Of a stretch of 64,000 bases of DNA, positions 30,601-38,938 are shown in pieces. The position numbers and the translations under genes were made by a program. The notes beneath the pieces are model-generated. The model ran no database searches. It saw only the letters and a program-made list of their open reading frames with translations, and had not been told where the DNA came from. Source of the DNA: Armatimonadota bacterium (GTDB taxonomy: Bacteria; Armatimonadota; Fervidibacteria; Fervidibacterales; Thermosaccharophagaceae). Positions within the stretch are counted from its first letter, which is position 1. Each line of letters opens with the position of its first letter. The stretch covers positions 872 to 64,871 of the forward strand of contig JANXAS010000001.1 of the NCBI GenBank assembly GCA_025062195.1, written 5' to 3'.

Positions 30601-30734
30601 TAAACTTCTTGCGCAATAAAACCCTGCTCAATTTTATCGGGCTTAACTTGAGCACAGCAAGAACGCCCCGTAAAACTTGAGGGCACAAAACTTGTTCAAA
30701 CATGCAAGAGGTGGGTTATCACGCAAGAAGTTTA
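30601..30734. mobile_element. MITE-like element (family T) with perfect 13-bp terminal inverted repeats
   Basis: TAAACTTCTTGCG at 30601-30613 and its exact reverse complement CGCAAGAAGTTTA at 30722-30734. The interior aligns in reverse orientation with 50484-50599. Lies between tadB and tadC. The end is partly duplicated (CAAGAAGTTTAATG at 30725-30738 and 30741-30754). Confidence 0.7.
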
Positions 30735-30777
30735 ATGGCTCAAGAAGTTTAATGCCTATAGGGGGTGTCTCTTAGCG

Positions 30778-31653
30778 ATGGCGAGATTGGAATGGATGCC
30801 GCGAAGAAGGAGACCCCTTGAGAGAGTGATGACGCCAAGGGAAGAGGGTGAACCGTTCTTTGAGAGGGTTGTCCGTCCATTCATCCACCGCATACCTAAG
30901 TTCTTGGCTCAAGTTACCGGCGAGGGCGTTAAGAACAGAATGAGGACCCTTCTTATGCTCGCCGGATTGCAAGGGCGGGTCACGCCGGAGCAAGCTATAG
31001 CGATGAAATACATGGGTGCACTCGCCTTCCTTGGAATTGGGTTTGTGTGCATAGTTGGCATTGCGAGAGCATTCGGGGTAGCACTTCCAATCGCTTATTA
31101 CCTTCTCGGCGCTGCATACGGCGCACTCATCGGATATATGGCACCGGATGTCATACTCAACATCTTCTTCGTTCAAAGAAGACAACACCTTGCGAGGCTG
31201 ACATTACCGGATATGGTTGACCTCATGGCTACAGCAGTTGAAGCTGGTCTTGGACTTGATGCGGCAATAGCGAGGGTTGCAACACGCTTTAGAGGACCAC
31301 TTGGTGATGAGTTCCAAAGGGTGCTTAGAGAGATATCGCTCGGGCGACCGCGCTCTGAGGCGCTGCTCGCAATGTGCGAACGGCTGCCAATTGAGGAGCT
31401 ACATCTATTCATCAGGGCATTGCTTCAGGCAGACAGGTTTGGATTGCCTTTGACAAATGTGCTTCGTGTGCAAGCCGAGCAAATGAGGGAGCTTCGCTTC
31501 CAGAGGGCAAGGGAACAAGCACAAAGGGCACCAGTAAAGCTTATGCTACCGCTTGTGCTGTTCATCTTCCCCACCCTCTTCATTGTCATCGCCGGACCTG
31601 CAATCATAAGGGCGCTAAGCCAATTGCAACAACTCTTTGGTGGACGCCCTTGA
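30778..31653 (+). CDS. tadC: Type II secretion system F-family inner-membrane protein (TadC-like)
   Basis: 291 aa. T2SSF-like core (LPDMVDLMATAVEAGLGLDAAI), C-terminal TM. Start codon uncertain. Confidence 0.7.
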   Translation: MARLEWMPRRRRPLERVMTPREEGEPFFERVVRPFIHRIPKFLAQVTGEGVKNRMRTLLMLAGLQGRVTPEQAIAMKYMGALAFLGIGFVCIVGIARAFGVALPIAYYLLGAAYGALIGYMAPDVILNIFFVQRRQHLARLTLPDMVDLMATAVEAGLGLDAAIARVATRFRGPLGDEFQRVLREISLGRPRSEALLAMCERLPIEELHLFIRALLQADRFGLPLTNVLRVQAEQMRELRFQRAREQAQRAPVKLMLPLVLFIFPTLFIVIAGPAIIRALSQLQQLFGGRP

Positions 31654-32211
31654 AGCGCCACTTGGGAAGCGCACCATACTCCCCATAACGCAACTTCAAA
31701 AATTAAGGTGGAATACAAACTGCGAGATATATTGGCATTGGCGTCGTGTGCATGGTTTTAAAGGCTTTAAGCAGGCTTTAATTTCTCACACGAAACTGAT
31801 CCTTTGAAGGCGAAAGTAGAACTATACCAAGAAGCTTTAATGGGCATGATTCTAAGATGCTTGCATTAAGGCAAGCAGCGAAATGGAATGACATAAAAAC
31901 ACCGCCTATGCTTGTGTGGTGCGCCCACGCTACATTTGTTTAGGGGCTGTGCAGGCAGCATTACTTTTGCGGGGATGGATAGCAGCCTACGGAAAAACAG
32001 CGACAAAGAGAGTGACACTGGCGGCTTTAAAGCCGCCCATACACCAAACCGCATAGTTCCTATGATTTTTGAATTGGTATAAGACGAGGCAGGTGTGAAC
32101 CGCCGTTGGTTAAAGCTGGCAGCCACTTTAGGGCATACAACTGGAGCATTCTGACCAGTTTGTAGCGATTGCCAGAGCATCCCATCCATTTATTCCGAAT
32201 GGCGCATGCAC

Positions 32212-32269
32212 TTGCGGCACACGCCACAAAATATTACAACGCACAAGACTTAAGGGGGTGAAAGGGCGC
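32212..32269 (+). repeat. Upstream block (family U), copy 1, ending 47 nt before the DUF192 start codon
   Basis: TTGCGGCACACGCCACAAAATATTACAACGCACAAGACTTAAGGGGGTGAAAGGGCGC aligns with 51339-51397. Weaker similarity continues on both sides, up to and including the ATGGG start. Confidence 0.75.
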
Positions 32270-32316
32270 TTTCATCTGCCGGCTAAAGTCAACACTCTGC
32301 TGCGCCCGTTATTCTT

Positions 32317-32694
32317 ATGGGGACCATGCTCGTAGGTGAAGTTGTCAACAGAACGAAGGGAACAGTGTTGGCTGACAAATGCTCAATAGCCATAACCGTA
32401 TCTGAGAGGGTGAGAGGATTGCTCGGCACAAGTGAACTGAAGGATGGCTTTGGCATGCTCATTGTGCCATGCAGCAGCATCCACACATTCTTCATGCGAT
32501 ATCCAATTGATGTCGCTTTCCTTGACGGCAAGATGCGCATCGTCCATTTGGTTGAGTCGCTACCGCCTTGGAGAATTTGCCTACCGAGGGGAACCGGCGC
32601 AAAGATGGCGCTTGAACTACCATCGGGAAGGCTCATGAAGACAAACACGGCAATCGGTGACGAGCTTGAAATCAAGTTGCTTGCGATGAGGTGA
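32317..32694 (+). CDS. DUF192-family protein
   Basis: 125 aa. RVRGLLG...GMLIVPCSSIHTFFMRYPIDVAFLDGKMRIV matches the DUF192 pattern as I remember it. Preferred over the antisense ORF 32289..32765. Confidence 0.65.
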   Translation: MGTMLVGEVVNRTKGTVLADKCSIAITVSERVRGLLGTSELKDGFGMLIVPCSSIHTFFMRYPIDVAFLDGKMRIVHLVESLPPWRICLPRGTGAKMALELPSGRLMKTNTAIGDELEIKLLAMR

Positions 32695-32703
32695 GTTATA
32701 CAG

Positions 32704-33930
32704 GTGGAGTCAAATGCGAGCATGTTCAGCGAACGAACTTTGCAACAAGGATTGCGTGTTGCCATCTTCAGCGAATGCTATCGTCCGACAAGAAATGGTG
32801 TTGTGAGTTCGGTTGAGACATTTAGGGAGCATTTGAGCAAGCTCGGTTGCCATGTCAAAGTTTTTGCACCATCATACCCTGGCTATAATGAGACGGATGA
32901 GGATGTGCATCGCTTCCCATCATTCTGCTTCACCACTTATGTTGAATATCCAATTGCCATACCATTGGCGATAGAACCGTGGCGAAAGCTGGGTCAGTTT
33001 GCGCCTCACATTGTTCATGTGCATTCGGTCTTTTGGCTGACTCGCTTTGCCGGCTATTGGGCGAAGCGTCGCAGAATACCGCTCGTGCTCACCTATCACA
33101 CGCTTGTCACAGAGTATCTGCATTATGTCCCCCTGCCAAAAACGCTTGCAAGGATGCTCGCCATCAAGCTCTCAAAGGACTTTTGCAACATGTGTGATTT
33201 AGTGATTGTGCCAAGCCCAGCAGTCATACCGATATTGCGAAGCTATGGAGTGAAGACCGAGATAGTGCCACTGCCTACCGGAGTTGAGATTGAGTCATTC
33301 CAAGGTGGTGATGGTGCATCTATTAGAAAGCAATATGGGATACCGCAGGACGCAATTGTGTTGCTTTATGCCGGGCGAATTGGCCTGGAGAAGAACATTG
33401 AGTTCCTACTTAAGGCAACATCAATCGTGCTGCGGGAATACGAGAATACATATTTGCTACTCGTAGGACCAGGTCCTTACTTGTCACGCGCAATGCGCAC
33501 AGCCAGTTCACTAAACTGCTCTCACCGGATAATATTTGCTGGCGGTCACCCGAGGGAACGAATGAGGGACTTTTATGCATCTGCCGATGTATTTGTGTCG
33601 GCGTCATTGACTGAGACTCAGGGATTAAGCATAGCCGAGGCAATGGCTGCTGGGTTGCCTTGTGTAGCAATTAATGCGCATGGTGTATCATGGGCTTTTG
33701 AAGATGGTGTTCATGGTTTCCTCTCACCAAATGACAAAAGGGCGTTCGCAGAGCGAGTTAGGTGGCTTATCTCAAACAGGGCTTTAAGGAAAAGGATGGG
33801 TGATGCTGCAAGAAAACATGTTGAGGAAAACTTGTCACCAAGCAGTATAGCCATGCGCTTGCTACAACTTTACAGATCACTGCTTTGTGAGAGACAAACG
33901 CAACCACCAGTTCATCTCCTATCCTCGTAA
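32704..33930 (+). CDS. Glycosyltransferase family 4 (GT-B fold)
   Basis: 408 aa. N-terminal GT4-like domain and C-terminal EGLSIAEAMAAGLPCVA (E-x7-E region). Confidence 0.8.
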   Translation: MESNASMFSERTLQQGLRVAIFSECYRPTRNGVVSSVETFREHLSKLGCHVKVFAPSYPGYNETDEDVHRFPSFCFTTYVEYPIAIPLAIEPWRKLGQFAPHIVHVHSVFWLTRFAGYWAKRRRIPLVLTYHTLVTEYLHYVPLPKTLARMLAIKLSKDFCNMCDLVIVPSPAVIPILRSYGVKTEIVPLPTGVEIESFQGGDGASIRKQYGIPQDAIVLLYAGRIGLEKNIEFLLKATSIVLREYENTYLLLVGPGPYLSRAMRTASSLNCSHRIIFAGGHPRERMRDFYASADVFVSASLTETQGLSIAEAMAAGLPCVAINAHGVSWAFEDGVHGFLSPNDKRAFAERVRWLISNRALRKRMGDAARKHVEENLSPSSIAMRLLQLYRSLLCERQTQPPVHLLSS

Positions 33931-35018
33931 AACTGCCACAACCATGGCTTTGCTGTCTCGGCATGCTTGCTTTGCACTTCAAGTATTTCATCAAGCGACG
34001 CAAAGAACGCATCCACAACCTTTGGGTCAAAGTGTTTACCCCTGCCCTCGGTGATGATGGCAAATGCCTTCTCATTTGGATATGCCGGCTTGTAAACCCG
34101 CTCAGATGTGAGCGCATCAAACACATCCGAGATAGCACATATGCGCCCAAAGAGCGGTATCTCCTCGCCGGATAAACCATATGGGTAGCCGCTGCCATCC
34201 CATTTCTCATGATGAGTCAAAGCAATAGTTCTCGCCGTCTCAAGGAGTTGTGACTTAGAGCCAGACAGTATTTCAGCGCCCCAAACTGTGTGCTTCTTCA
34301 TTATCTCCCACTCATCCGGGTCAAGCTTGCCTGGCTTTAAAAGTATCTTATCTGGAACACCTATCTTACCGACATCATGCATTGGGCTGGCGTAAAGTAT
34401 CATCTCAACCTCCTCATCAGATAACCCAAGCCTCCTCGCTAAGATCGCACAATAAATGCTCATGCGTAGAATATGATTTCCAGTCTCGTCATCCCTGAAC
34501 TCAGCGGCTCGCCCAAGCCTCCTGACGGTCTCAAGCTGCGCCTCACGCAACTCCTTTGTTTTTTTGTCCACCTCAGCTTTCAGCATATCAGCCAAGCTGG
34601 CAAGGAAGTCATGATACTCCTTCACGGAGAGGAGTGTGCGAACCCTCGCACGCAACTCATAAATGTCAATTGGCTTGTTCAAGAACTCGTCAACACCAAG
34701 GTCAAGAGCATGATACCGCACATCTCTATCCATCAACGCCGTCATTATGATTACTGGGACAAACTTCAGCCTTTCAGTCCCCTTAATATGCTTGAGCACC
34801 TCTAAACCATTCTTACCCGGCATTACGATATCAAGCACAATCAAGTCATAGGCATTTTGATCAACCAATTTCAGAGCTTCATCCCCATCACCAGCGACGC
34901 TCACCTCATAGCCCTCCTTTGAGAGGACAGCTTGAAGGAGCTGCTGAATGGACTCCTCATCGTCAACGACAAGTATGCGCTTTCTTTTCGCTGACACTTC
35001 CCTCACCACCGTTGCCAT
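33912..35018 (-). CDS. Response regulator with HD-GYP phosphodiesterase domain (RpfG-like)
   Basis: REC domain (ILVVDDE...DLIVLDIVMPG), then HD-GYP (MHDVGKIGVP...HHEKWDGSGYPYGL). Its 3' end overlaps the convergent GT4 gene by 19 nt. Confidence 0.85.
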   Translation of the reverse strand: MATVVREVSAKRKRILVVDDEESIQQLLQAVLSKEGYEVSVAGDGDEALKLVDQNAYDLIVLDIVMPGKNGLEVLKHIKGTERLKFVPVIIMTALMDRDVRYHALDLGVDEFLNKPIDIYELRARVRTLLSVKEYHDFLASLADMLKAEVDKKTKELREAQLETVRRLGRAAEFRDDETGNHILRMSIYCAILARRLGLSDEEVEMILYASPMHDVGKIGVPDKILLKPGKLDPDEWEIMKKHTVWGAEILSGSKSQLLETARTIALTHHEKWDGSGYPYGLSGEEIPLFGRICAISDVFDALTSERVYKPAYPNEKAFAIITEGRGKHFDPKVVDAFFASLDEILEVQSKHAETAKPWLWQFYEDRR

Positions 35019-35068
35019 TTCGTTCCGATAACAGCGCTTTCACCATGCAAACATTAGCTATAGCTGCT

Positions 35069-36142
35069 TCACCTCAATGGTAGTTCAACTTCCTTTCCCT
35101 CCCTCGCCGACTTGTAAAGGGCAAGTATAACCTCAACAGCTTTCCTTCCCTCCCTTCCGCTGACAGTTGGCTCACGGTCGTTGCGTATGGCATCAACGAA
35201 GTCAGCTATCACCTGCCTGTGGAGCGTGAATGGTTCCTTGCGTTCCTCAAGCTCCTCAAGGTTTGGCTTGATGTCCGAATCAATCAGCTCCCAAGTTGTT
35301 AACCTTGGTGGTGTGCCATCAGTTATGACCGTTCCCTTCTCAGCGTAGATGTGAATTGAATCGCCAAAGTCAGGATATGCACATGTCGTGCATTCAATCA
35401 TCCCGAGTGCGCCACTTTCAAGTTCAACATCAGCGACTGCCACATCCTCAACCTCAAGCGCCTTGTGACCAAGTGTGCCAATGCGCGCATGAATGCGCTT
35501 AACACCGCCGACCAAGTAGATGAATGTGTCAATTACATGAATGCCTTGATTCATACATGCTCCACCGCCATCAAGTGCCCATGTGCCACGCCAATCGCTC
35601 TCAGCATAATAAGCCTCAGTCCTGTAGCGCCTGCAAAATGCATTTGCAAGCAACGGCTTTCCCAAGTAGCCTTCGTCAAGCGAGCGCTTGATGAACCTCA
35701 CAACCTTTGAGAAGCGCAGCGGCATTACAACAGCGAGCTTTATGTCAGCCCTCTCACATTCTTCAATCAACGCATCCGCCTTCTCAAGCGTCACATCAAT
35801 TGGCTTCTCAACAAGGACATGTTTTCCTGCCCTCGCAGCATCAATGCCTATTTGAGCATGCAAACCGCTCGGTGTGCATATTGAGACAGCGTCAATATCA
35901 TCACGCTCAAGCATCTTGCGATAGTCAGTATACCAGTTATCGCCAAGGTTGAACTTCTGGGCGAATAGCCTCACATGCGCCTCAGTCCGAGAAGCTGCTG
36001 CAACCACTTTACAACCGGGTGTCTCGTTTATGTAACGCGCATGCCACTCAGCTATGCCACTGTAAAGGTCTGCCCCAATCGGTCCTACGGAAACTTGGTT
36101 TGGGACACCAACGCCGATGATGCCGAAGCGTATCTCACGCAT
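35069..36142 (-). CDS. Gfo/Idh/MocA-family oxidoreductase (no signal peptide)
   Basis: 357 aa. IRFGIIGVG, KHVLVEKPI. Confidence 0.8.
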   Translation of the reverse strand: MREIRFGIIGVGVPNQVSVGPIGADLYSGIAEWHARYINETPGCKVVAAASRTEAHVRLFAQKFNLGDNWYTDYRKMLERDDIDAVSICTPSGLHAQIGIDAARAGKHVLVEKPIDVTLEKADALIEECERADIKLAVVMPLRFSKVVRFIKRSLDEGYLGKPLLANAFCRRYRTEAYYAESDWRGTWALDGGGACMNQGIHVIDTFIYLVGGVKRIHARIGTLGHKALEVEDVAVADVELESGALGMIECTTCAYPDFGDSIHIYAEKGTVITDGTPPRLTTWELIDSDIKPNLEELEERKEPFTLHRQVIADFVDAIRNDREPTVSGREGRKAVEVILALYKSAREGKEVELPLR

Positions 36143-36336
36143 AATGAATCACCACCATTAGATTGAGGGGCAAACTTACAAACTGCACAATTCAGCACGC
36201 TCAAATTCAAAATAATAGCATCGTATCCCTCATCCGTTAAAAACAACAATGGGGACATACTATCACACCACAGGGGCTTTAACTTCGCTCCCCATATCGT
36301 CTTTGGAGGCACTACAAGCTATCTTAAAATGGGTCA

Positions 36337-36753
36337 CTCTTTACCACAAACTTCGTTGGTTAAGTTCGTAGTTAGCCACGAAGCGATAGCGGAGTGGCGC
36401 TAAAAATCCGGTCAGGTTCGTAGTTAGCCACGAAGCGTTAGCGAAGTGGCGTTAAGTTAGTGCAATGTGCAATGTCATCATTTCACTTGCACTCTCACTT
36501 TGCACTCACTTAGACGGCACTACGCTTCGCTTCGTGCCTTACTACGAACAAACAAATCTTCATCACTTGTAGGGCAGGCTACTGCCAAGCCAAAAGCTTC
36601 GTTGGTTAGGTTTGTAGTTAGCCAAGAAGCGTTAGCAGAGTGGCGTTAAGTTGGTGCAATGTGCAATGTCATCATTTCACTTGCACTCTCACCTTGCACT
36701 CACTTAGACGGCACTACGCTTCGCTTCGTGCCTTACTACGAACAAACAAACTT
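36337..36753 (+). repeat. REP/REPIN-like composite repeat array 1
   Basis: 36-nt unit GTTCGTAGTTAGCCACGAAGCG(A/T)TAGCG(G/A)AGTGGCG at 36364-36399, 36416-36451 and 36610-36645. 134-nt imperfect hairpins at 36416-36549 and 36610-36743, each closed by the inverted variant arm CGCTTCGTGCCTTACTACGAAC. Confidence 0.9.
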
Positions 36754-36955
36754 TTGGGCAAAGAGCGAAAGCAAATATTCACTGACAGCACATTACCAAC
36801 ACACTTTGAATCATAGGGCTGAGAAATTAATGCGACATGCGCATCCTGTCCGTAAAAAGTCTGATGATATTGGTGGCAAGCCATGTTGAAGACCGAGATT
36901 GCAAAGCCGTTAAACTTTATGGATGGCAAAGGCAACTTCATCACATGGTTGGTGA

Positions 36956-38233
36956 ATGGCAATGCGTTACTACGAGATGAAGAGACATGCAGTTGCTGCT
37001 TACCTAACTTGCGTGGTCGGATGTGACAAGGTGCTCTACGAAGTGAACGCATTTGGTGGGCGTGACTTTGATGTTGACCTGATTGGGTGCTGCGGCGATA
37101 AGCTGGTTGTGTTCGTAGACCTATCCGAAAAGTTCTCTCATTACCCTAAGGAGATGAAGCATGCGACAATGCGCCGCAAGTTGATCCAACGCTATATGAC
37201 ACTGAGGCAAAAGGAGTCCGGAGTATCATCCAAGCAGGTGTTTGAGATTTGGCATTTTGGTGTGCCACCGGAAAAGCTTGAGCTTGTCCTGCCGAGCGTG
37301 TGCGAGACACTGCAAAGGGAACATGGCTTGACGCTGAATATAGTTGATGGGGACAATGTTAAAGAGCGCTTGAAGCAAACTGTGGAGCAAATTTTAAGGG
37401 GCAGCAATTGTGACTACACTAATCCATTCACTCAAGCTGTCCTGATAGCCCACGGCATGCTTGAACTCCCAAGGTATGGAATAGCACAAATGCCCGACAA
37501 GTTGCCATTGCGTCTGCCGAGCGCTTATCTGATACCGGAGTTCGTTTGGACAATGCTTGAGAGCGAATATGTTGTTGGGTGGCTTGGATTTGATGTTGGG
37601 GCGTTTGACTTGCTCATAACGATAGCACATGAGCTTCGCAAAGGCATCTGGGACAGATTCCTGAAGTGCTTCTCTGAGCCGGCTGCATTTGCTGAATCAA
37701 GTGAAGTTTTCTTTGCCGAGGATGAATGGAGCCACATTGAATGGACTGAACTGCCAATGCTTGAGCTGCGCCGATACAGCCATGAAGAGCTCACAGCAGC
37801 CCTCAAGTTCATATTCTCGCATGCGGGCGAATTCCTTGAAGTGTGGCAGTCAAGGATAAGCAATACAATGGTCATCAGAATTGAATACATGCTCCCATTT
37901 GTGTTCAAGCATCCTCAATTCAGTGCTGAGTTGATTGAAGCTGAGGTGGCAAAGTATGGTGGTGATAGGGAGCTTGTCCGAATGCACATGCAAACAAGCA
38001 ATCCTGATAAGCGCCCTTACAGAGGCTCAATAGTCATTGAGTTGGCAAATGCGCTTGAGCACATGCGCTTCAGTGAGCCAAATAGGGTGCTTGTGCCAAT
38101 TGATGACCCAAAGGTAAGTGATGATGTTGTGGCGGGAATGTGGCTGACATACCAACCGGAGTTTGCCGGCTATTTCCAATTGACATTTGATTCGCTACTG
38201 CCACGCTGGCAGGAATTGCGCAAGTCAAGTTAA
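36956..38233 (+). CDS. Hypothetical protein (orphan, 425 aa)
   Basis: Long ORF with backbone-like composition. No family recognised. The N-terminal approx. 60 aa (YYEMKRH...DFDVDLIG...LVVFVDLSEK) faintly resembles a PD-(D/E)xK nuclease core. Confidence 0.5.
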   Translation: MAMRYYEMKRHAVAAYLTCVVGCDKVLYEVNAFGGRDFDVDLIGCCGDKLVVFVDLSEKFSHYPKEMKHATMRRKLIQRYMTLRQKESGVSSKQVFEIWHFGVPPEKLELVLPSVCETLQREHGLTLNIVDGDNVKERLKQTVEQILRGSNCDYTNPFTQAVLIAHGMLELPRYGIAQMPDKLPLRLPSAYLIPEFVWTMLESEYVVGWLGFDVGAFDLLITIAHELRKGIWDRFLKCFSEPAAFAESSEVFFAEDEWSHIEWTELPMLELRRYSHEELTAALKFIFSHAGEFLEVWQSRISNTMVIRIEYMLPFVFKHPQFSAELIEAEVAKYGGDRELVRMHMQTSNPDKRPYRGSIVIELANALEHMRFSEPNRVLVPIDDPKVSDDVVAGMWLTYQPEFAGYFQLTFDSLLPRWQELRKSS

Positions 38234-38263
38234 GTTGGGCAAGCTCGGGGGAAACAAAAGGAA

Positions 38264-38716
38264 ATGCCATCGGGCAAGGTGCACGATGCTGTCAACTTAG
38301 CATTGCTTCCATTTGCCATTTTAACCCCCGAACCATTTGAGCCATTGATGCTAACGGCAGGCTATCTTGTTGGGACGCTTCTCCTCTCACCGGACCTTGA
38401 CTTGAGTAGCTCTCGTGTAGCGATGAGGTGGGGATTGCTTCGCGCCATTTGGCTACCGTATGCAAAAGTTGCTGCTCACAGGCGCATATCACATGTGCCT
38501 ATTGTTGGATTGACTGTGCGCATGACATATATTTGCATCTTCGTCGGGTTGGTGTTAGCTCTGCTTACAGTGTGCGGCATTAAAATTGATCTAAATCCCA
38601 AAGGGATGCTATTGAGACACGCTTTTAGCTTCGCCCTCGGAATGTTTATTGCCGATACACTACACATAGCCCTTGATGTGCTTGTCAGCTCTGCCAAGAA
38701 GCTGATGTCCAAGTGA
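38264..38716 (+). CDS. Small integral membrane protein resembling the DUF2227 putative metal-binding family
   Basis: 150 aa. MPSGKVHD...SPDLDL...AHRRISH with 3-4 hydrophobic helices. Family assignment is from memory of the N-terminal MPSGxxHD pattern. Confidence 0.5.
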   Translation: MPSGKVHDAVNLALLPFAILTPEPFEPLMLTAGYLVGTLLLSPDLDLSSSRVAMRWGLLRAIWLPYAKVAAHRRISHVPIVGLTVRMTYICIFVGLVLALLTVCGIKIDLNPKGMLLRHAFSFALGMFIADTLHIALDVLVSSAKKLMSK

Positions 38717-38938
38717 GAAAAGAATGATGTGGGGTGGATAGTAGCCTGTTCGCAAGTTTTGACCACCAGCAGGAAGTTTCCCGCAGCAAGAGATGGTGCT
38801 AAGAGTTCGTTGAAGCTGTATCGTTTGCCAACCACAGAAAGGTTTGCCTGTCGATGCTCAAACAACCCCGTGCTAAACTTGAAATTTGACGGATGAGTAT
38901 GGCAGTGTTTTGCACATCTTAAAGATGAGCGAGGGTAA

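Noticed and set aside
32289-32765. 158-aa minus-strand ORF overlapping the DUF192 gene
   Set aside because: The plus-strand frame gives the recognisable DUF192 pattern and sits in operon-like spacing with the GT4 gene. The minus-strand product has no recognisable features.
33912-33930. 19-nt convergent overlap between the GT4 gene and the HD-GYP response regulator as a regulatory antisense arrangement
   Set aside because: Short 3'-3' overlaps are common in compact genomes. Nothing in the sequence, such as a hairpin, suggests a special function.
36337-36753. Possible CRISPR array (36-nt direct repeats); the same question applies to 52829-53619
   Set aside because: The gaps between repeats are only 16 nt and are themselves conserved between copies. 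The repeats also occur as inverted partners forming long hairpins. There are no unique spacers and no cas genes in the window.
36467-36889. Small ORFs inside the repeat arrays (36467..36649, 36659..36889, 53306..53491, 53553..53762) that share peptide endings such as ...VVS(H/Q)EALAEWR
   Set aside because: Their similarity is simply the translated repeat DNA. They start and stop at repeat-defined positions, have no Shine-Dalgarno sequences and overlap the hairpins.
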